NCBI RefSeq assembly: GCF_006345805.1
Contig: NC_043022.1
Location: forward strand, 23,126,001 to 23,190,000
Length of the DNA stretch: 64,000 nucleotides
DNA from: Octopus sinensis
Taxonomy: Eukaryota
Direction: 5' to 3'
Part shown: positions 1 to 64,000 of the stretch, piece by piece
How positions within the stretch are numbered: position 1 is the stretch's first letter
Layout: each line of letters opens with the position of its first letter
Notes under the pieces: model-generated
The model's database searches: none
Told to the model about the DNA's origin: nothing
What the model saw: only the letters and a program-made list of their open reading frames with translations
Program-made: the position numbers and the translations under genes

Positions 1-635
1 CTCTAGTGGTTAAGCTGTTTATTATTATTATTATTAGTATTATCCCTTTGACCCCCAGTCGACAATTTGTTTATTAGTATTATTATTATTATCATTTTCA
101 GTTTCACCTCGTATTGCATATTCTGTATAATTTATTAGTTATTGTTGACCATCGGTTTCTGGCTTCGTGTCTCGCTAAATACAGAATAGATATTTATATT
201 TAAGTTTCTCCATACAGGGGTTTTTTTTTTCAATGGCGGCCGATTTTCGCGGGGTTCCACTATTCCCTTCTCTCTCTCTCTCCCTCTTTTACGTTGTCTG
301 CCCTCCCCCCCCTCTTCCTTTCCCCCCTTCCATTGCTAAGAGCATTTTTAAGCCAGCCCGTCAAGTTCAACCTTCGCATATTCCCGGTGCACCCGCCCTT
401 GCCCACCCCCACCACCAATACCGGATATCTCTATATTTTGCTCCATCTATACCGGATGTCGCTTCTCCCACCACCATTATAGGTGTCTACTCTTCGAACC
501 CCCCTCTTCAATACGCTATTTCACCATGCATTACCCCTCTCGTGATATCCTACGTTCTACTTGTCTAGAACCTGTCATCGTTTCTCCGAACACCCCTCCC
601 CACTGGTGCTCCCCTATATTTCTGCACCCTCCCCA

Positions 636-945
636 CACATAAAAAGCACCATCCGAACGTGGCCGATGCCAGCACCGCCCCGACTGGCTTCTGTGCAGGT
701 GGCACATAAAAAGCACCAACTGACCGTGGCCGATGCCAGACCCCTCTGGCACCTGTGCAGGTGGCACGTAAAAAGCACCCACTACACTCGCGGAGTGGTT
801 GGCGTTAGGAAGGGCATCCAGCTGTAGAAACACTGCCAGACCAGACTGGAGCCTGGGGCAGCCCCTGGCTCCCCAGACCCCGGTCGAAACCGTCCAACCC
901 GTGCTAGCGCGGAAAACGGACGTTAAACGATGATGATGATGATGA

Positions 946-948
<3 letters not shown>
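636..948 (+). mobile_element. 5'-truncated copy of the RTE 3' UTR (tandem units, terminal segment, (GAT)n)
   Basis: Shares cactacactc-cggagtggttggcgttaggaagggcatccagctgtagaaa...cggacgttaaacgatgatg with 44108-44580. Confidence 0.8.
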
Positions 949-990
<42 letters not shown>

Positions 991-1011
991 TATATCTGTA
1001 AAATAATATGT

Positions 1012-1183
1012 ACAATTATTCAATAGCCAAGATAAAACTCTGAGTTCGGATGCCAAGGTGGAAATCCACACCACCATCTCTTCGGTTATCTGGCCATCTC
1101 CTTACAGATAACCGAAGAGATGGTGGTGTGGATCCACCTTGCATCCGAAACTCAGAGTTTTATCTTGGCTATTGAATAATTGT
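1012..1183. repeat. Near-perfect foldback inverted repeat (~80-bp arms, 12-nt loop)
   Basis: 1012-1092 is the reverse complement of 1105-1183 apart from a few small indels. Confidence 0.95.
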
Positions 1184-1268
1184 CACATATTATTTTACAG
1201 ATAAATTTCCTCCATTTACATAATATTGAGGTCTCTTTCTTTCTTTTGTTATCTTACCGTTTTTACCA

Positions 1269-1331
<63 letters not shown>

Positions 1332-1758
1332 TGCTGGCGACCTATGCAGAAGACTCATGATTCCTGAGAAGGCAAAAATACAAAGAGTTGAGATGTTTGT
1401 GTAGTTGGGCTGAGATATGATGTAAGAATTAATTTTTTGATTTATAAGCAACTCTAATAATGTAAATGTTATCAATGTCATATGCTTAATGTGTATTGTT
1501 TAAATGCTTTACGGCTGCAGTATTTCACCCAGGGAAAGACACTTTAAAGGGTATAGTGTCTAATCATACTCTGGTGGGAACAGTGTGGCTCTGGACCTAA
1601 ACAACAACAACCCAAGCCATGGCTTAGTGGTGTGCATTCAGTTCATGATCATAATGTCATGAGTTCAATATTGAGCATAACATAGTGTCCTTGAGCACTT
1701 TATTTCATATTGCTCCAGACCACTCAGCTGGCAAAAATGAGTTGTACTTGTAATTTAA

Positions 1759-2146
1759 CCTTTTCATTACCAACCCGGCTGAAACCGGTTCTGGCTCTGA
1801 GTACAAATGTCTTGTTTCCATAAGTTTTGAATTAAAATCTTCCACAAAACCTTAGTCACAATTTATGTTCCTAACACTAGCTGAATGATAACCAAGTTAT
1901 TTTAATAAATTCTTTGTTATATTTAAAGTAATTGAAAGAAACACAGAGCATCTCAACAGAAATAATGGTAACAAATGTCTTGTTTTCATGAGTTTTGAAT
2001 TAAAATCTTCCACCAAACCTTAGTCACAATTTATGTTCCTAACACTAGCTGAATGATAACCAAGTTATTTTAATAAATTCTTTGTTATATTTAAAGTAAT
2101 TCAGAGAAACACAGAGCATCTCAAAATAAATACGGTAATGAAAGGG
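1759..2146. mobile_element. piggyBac-type MITE with an internal ~168-bp tandem duplication
   Basis: TTAA flanks at 1755-1758 and 2147-2150. 13-bp TIR cc(c/t)tttcattacc. Duplicated unit starts at ~1803 and ~1971. Confidence 0.75.
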
Positions 2147-2349
2147 TTAAATTGTCACATTCTGTGTCATACTGTATCTCCAAGAGACTTATGTTAAGAG
2201 TACACATGTCTGTACTAAGCTCAGCTAGTTGCACATTAATTTCATGAGCGGAAAGTTCTGTAACTGGCAGACTACAAGATTCAACATTCAACAACAATAA
2301 CAATTGTTAACAGACTTAGAGGATGCTGGTCCCTAGTCCCTAAACTCAC

Positions 2350-60347
<57,998 letters not shown>

Positions 60348-60994
60348 CTAGAATGAAATACACAATAAAAGAAGCATAGATTAGAAACTGCTGTGTTTTC
60401 AATCATTTGTTAAAAATTAGAGTACATATGATGTAATACATGTGTAATCAATAAAAATGCCTTGCTACAGAAACATATGTTGCATGAACTGAACTGCCAT
60501 TGTCCAACCTTATAACACTTATATATATATATATATATATTAAAATAGTGTACATTTAAACACAAAAGAAAAAATTACCCTTTGACAGGTAATTTTTTTA
60601 CATGCTAGAAATAGCAGCCAACACGGCCAAAACCACGATTTAACAGAAACACTCTATTGACTATTTATACATGTTAGACCACTGGTAGTGATATTTATAA
60701 CGAATATTCGCTACCCTATATATGTATCTTATGAATATATATATATATATATCAATCATCATCATCATCGTTTAACATCTGCTTTCCATGCTAGCATGGG
60801 TTGGACGATTTGACTGAGGACTGGCGGACCAGATGGTTGCACGAGGCTCCAATCTGATCTGGCAGAGTTTCTACAGCTGGATGCCCTTCCTAACGCCAAC
60901 CACTCCGAGAGTGTAGTGGATGCTTTTACGTGCCACCAGCACAAGGGCCAGTCAGGCAGTACTGGCAACGGCCACACTCAAATGGTGTTTTTTA

Positions 60995-62585
60995 CAGGCC
61001 AAATATATATACACACTTCAGGAAAGGAAAAGTTTGTATAAATACTAAACTTATTCCAACATCTCAAGATTGATACAAGTCGCCTTTGCAAGAGGTGTTC
61101 AGAGCGGTGGCTGTTAGCTTCCAGACATTTCTGTGCATGGTAAACTACTACTTGGGTAACAATGGCCAAAGTGTCCAGTGGTATTGCTGCACATGCATTT
61201 TCAATTTCTTGTGTTATTTCCACCAATGTAGTCAGTTTTCTGTGATACATGACATCCTTTAGGGTTCCTCATAGGTAAAAGTCTGCAAGTGTGAAATCAG
61301 GAGAATGTGAGGGGAACCCGATTGCACCTCTTTGTCCAAGCCTGTATCCATGCAAATTCTCATTGAGATGAGCTTGCATGTTTTGGTGGTATTATGGCAG
61401 TGCGCTGCCTTTCTGAAAGAAAAATTCATCATTTCCATAAAGTTCATACATAACAGGTAAGATGGACGTGCAAAACAGGTAAGATGGACATGCATAACAT
61501 GTCTAGGTACACCTAACCAGTAACAGTACTTTCAAAGAATAATGGTGCTAGATGATACTCCACACCACACATTGACACCTGGTAAATTAACTGCTTTGTC
61601 CACATGCACATAGGTATTTTCTGGTGACCAGTAAACACAATTATGTCAGTTCACTGTTCCAAATTGAGCTTCATCAGACCTCACGATCTTTCTCACTAGT
61701 TCTCCATCTTCGCCTAGCATATGTTAAAACCACTTGGAAACTGGATTCATTGATCCCGATCGTCTTCGTTAATTGCATGTAATAACCTTTGGATGTAAAA
61801 TTCCCACTTAGCCTTCTAAAGAATGCACTGTATGCCTGTACTGCTTACTCCTGTTTCATGTGCACATTGTGTGGTAGACTTCTGTGGTGAACGTGTGAAC
61901 TGTCCTAACACTACAGCTGAGGTAGCAGCACTTGTACTTGTTTTCCTTCATGCACATCACACATGGTACCATGAGGTTCGAACTCATCATGAATCCACGA
62001 AATTGTCAAACGTTGGAGGTTGTCTTCCAAACTCACAACTGCAATGTCTTTGGACTTCAACAACATTCTCAAATTTAAAACATCACTTTAAAATAATCTT
62101 ATATTCCTCAAATGGTAATCATATATCTTCTGTATTGTAGACGTTAGTTGTTGATGCTTCAGCAATGAAGGTAACACCATCAGTTGAGAAAATACCTATT
62201 TCTTTACTACCCACAAGGGGCTAAACACAGAGGGGACAAACAAGGACAGACAAACAGATTAAGTCGATTACATCGACCCCAGTGCATAACTGGTACTTAA
62301 TTTATTGACTCCGAAAGGATGAAAGGCAAAGTCGACCTCGGCGGAATTTGAACTCAGAATGTAACGGCAGACAAAATACGGCTACGCATTTCGCCCGGCG
62401 TGCTAACATTTCTACCAGCTCACCACCTTAGTTGAGAAAATACCATACTATAATAAACAGTGTTATCGTATTTTGATAAAACATCAAAAGAGATATTTAT
62501 ATCTATAGAGCTACTTATACACGTTAAATATTTATACTGAATTTTTCTTTTCCGAAGTGTGCATACACCTTTTTGGTGGACTCTC
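60995..62585 (-). mobile_element. Decayed Tc1/mariner-superfamily transposon with DD41D spacing (rosa-like), containing a SINE insertion
   Basis: Conceptual translation gives SDEAQF..N.HNCVYW, FFQ(D)SA..41 aa..ADFYL*GTLKD and a C-terminal KCLEANSHRSEHLL. Degenerate TIRs near 60995-61030 and 62545-62585. Confidence 0.75.
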
Positions 62586-63132
62586 TCTCTCTATATATAT
62601 ATATATATACATGTATATCTATGTGTGTGTGTATGTGGCACTTTCACACACACACACAAACAAATACACACATATATGTGTGTATATGTGTGTGTGTGTG
62701 TGAAAGTGCCACACAAGACTTTAACAGCAGCAGCAGCACCATCATTCTCACCAGCATCATGATCACTGTAATTCATCAGCAACTGATGGATGCATTTCTA
62801 ACTTGTTAGTTCTCTTCAGTACCAGATACCAAGACAGGCGACTCTGAGCTGACCAAGGTGTTCTAATATCTTTTTCTCTTTAGCAAGAATTTCATTTCCA
62901 TGACAAGCTGCAGTGAAAAGCCATTACAGGTACATCTCTTAAACGTGTTTGAACTGTTCGTAAGTATGTATGCATGTGCGTGTGTGTGTGTGTGTGTGTG
63001 TATAGACTTGTGACTAAGATATATATATCTTAGATACCCAAAATTATAATTTTGATAATAATTATTACCTTCGAAGGTTTTTATTCCCATGTTGGCCACC
63101 TGATAAGATTGGTATTTAAATAACAATCTTAT

Positions 63133-63172
<40 letters not shown>

Positions 63173-64000
63173 TTGGAGACACAAACGGTGTTATAAAAGG
63201 CTGTCTAGACCCATGTCTCCAATGCAAAAAGGTATTAGTAGCTTATGATGTCATTATACTATGTACATTAAATGATACATATATAATACATACACATACA
63301 TAGACATGCAAATGCACGCACACACACACACACGTATAACAATGAATATATCCAATATGAAGCCTTGTTGGATCAATATGGGGTTTAATCAAGAAGAAGA
63401 GTTTTGATTTCAAATCAACGACTGTTCTTGCATTGCGATATTTCATATTATAAACATTAACATAAGACAGACAGGTGTCTCCTAGAATAATTTGGTTAAG
63501 TGGAAGGAAGAAGAAAACTACTGGGCCCTAGAAAATGAGAATTCTGAAATAAAATGGAAGAGGGCTGTAAATTCTGTGTTTTGTGGGGAAGGAGCTTAAT
63601 GTGTAGTCACAGATGTGGCTATCTTAGCAGCATTACAGACCCCACCAGGTAAATGACTGCACTAGTTCTTATAAAATTTATTGCTTTATTTATCGACAGC
63701 AAGCTACAGTATACTGTATTTGACAGCATAAAATATGCAAAAGCATATTTGATGCCCCATAATTTCAGCAATAGATTTTCAGAAAAAAAAAAGGTTTTAG
63801 TGCAGGAAAGCAAGTAATATTTAAAGGAATCTCACATATAGGGCCCAAGGTGATTTTTTTTCCTTTTGAGACATTTTTTGGTGGGAAAAAAGTGTTTTAT
63901 ATGTATGTCATCAAATATGATACACAGATCAGAATTGGCACCTAGACCCATGAGGAATCCAGACAACTGTCAAATGTAGCTATTCCTAAAGATGTCACTT

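Noticed and set aside
63243-63446. ORF as the missing first PITPNM coding exon
   Set aside because: No resemblance to the expected MLIKEYRI..YRIAQLYMI start and no suitable phase-0 donor. The exon is presumed beyond 64000.

Overview
AT-rich, microsatellite- and SINE-dense metazoan genomic DNA. The repeat style suggests an octopod cephalopod (inference). The window lies entirely inside one large minus-strand gene encoding a membrane-associated phosphatidylinositol transfer protein (PITPNM/rdgB/Nir2-3 type). I traced 14 GT-AG exons (60347 down to 2350, 2808 nt, 936 codons, splice phases consistent). They cover the PITP domain, the FFAT motif (EFYDAL|E) and the DDHD domain. The first coding exon and the LNS2-encoding 3' exons are outside the window. 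An additional in-frame 96-nt candidate cassette exon lies at 20407-20502. Introns hold a near full-length but broken RTE LINE (44108-48540) plus about 15 5'-truncated copies of its 3' end, a DD34D mariner, a DD41D (rosa-like) relic, a Tc1-like deletion derivative, Penelope-like (GIY-YIG) fragments, Helitron-, piggyBac- and telomere-repeat-bearing MITEs, and at least three tRNA-derived SINE families. The most interesting signal is a set of about eight minimal type-I hammerhead-ribozyme-like motifs from different short repeat families. One is near-canonical (10098-10143), some carry a compensatory U3-A8 core, and several sit beside (TA)n tracts or inside long foldback hairpins. No rRNA genes, true tRNA genes or CRISPR arrays were found. 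All calls are by eye, and repeat boundaries are approximate unless TIRs or TSDs are given.
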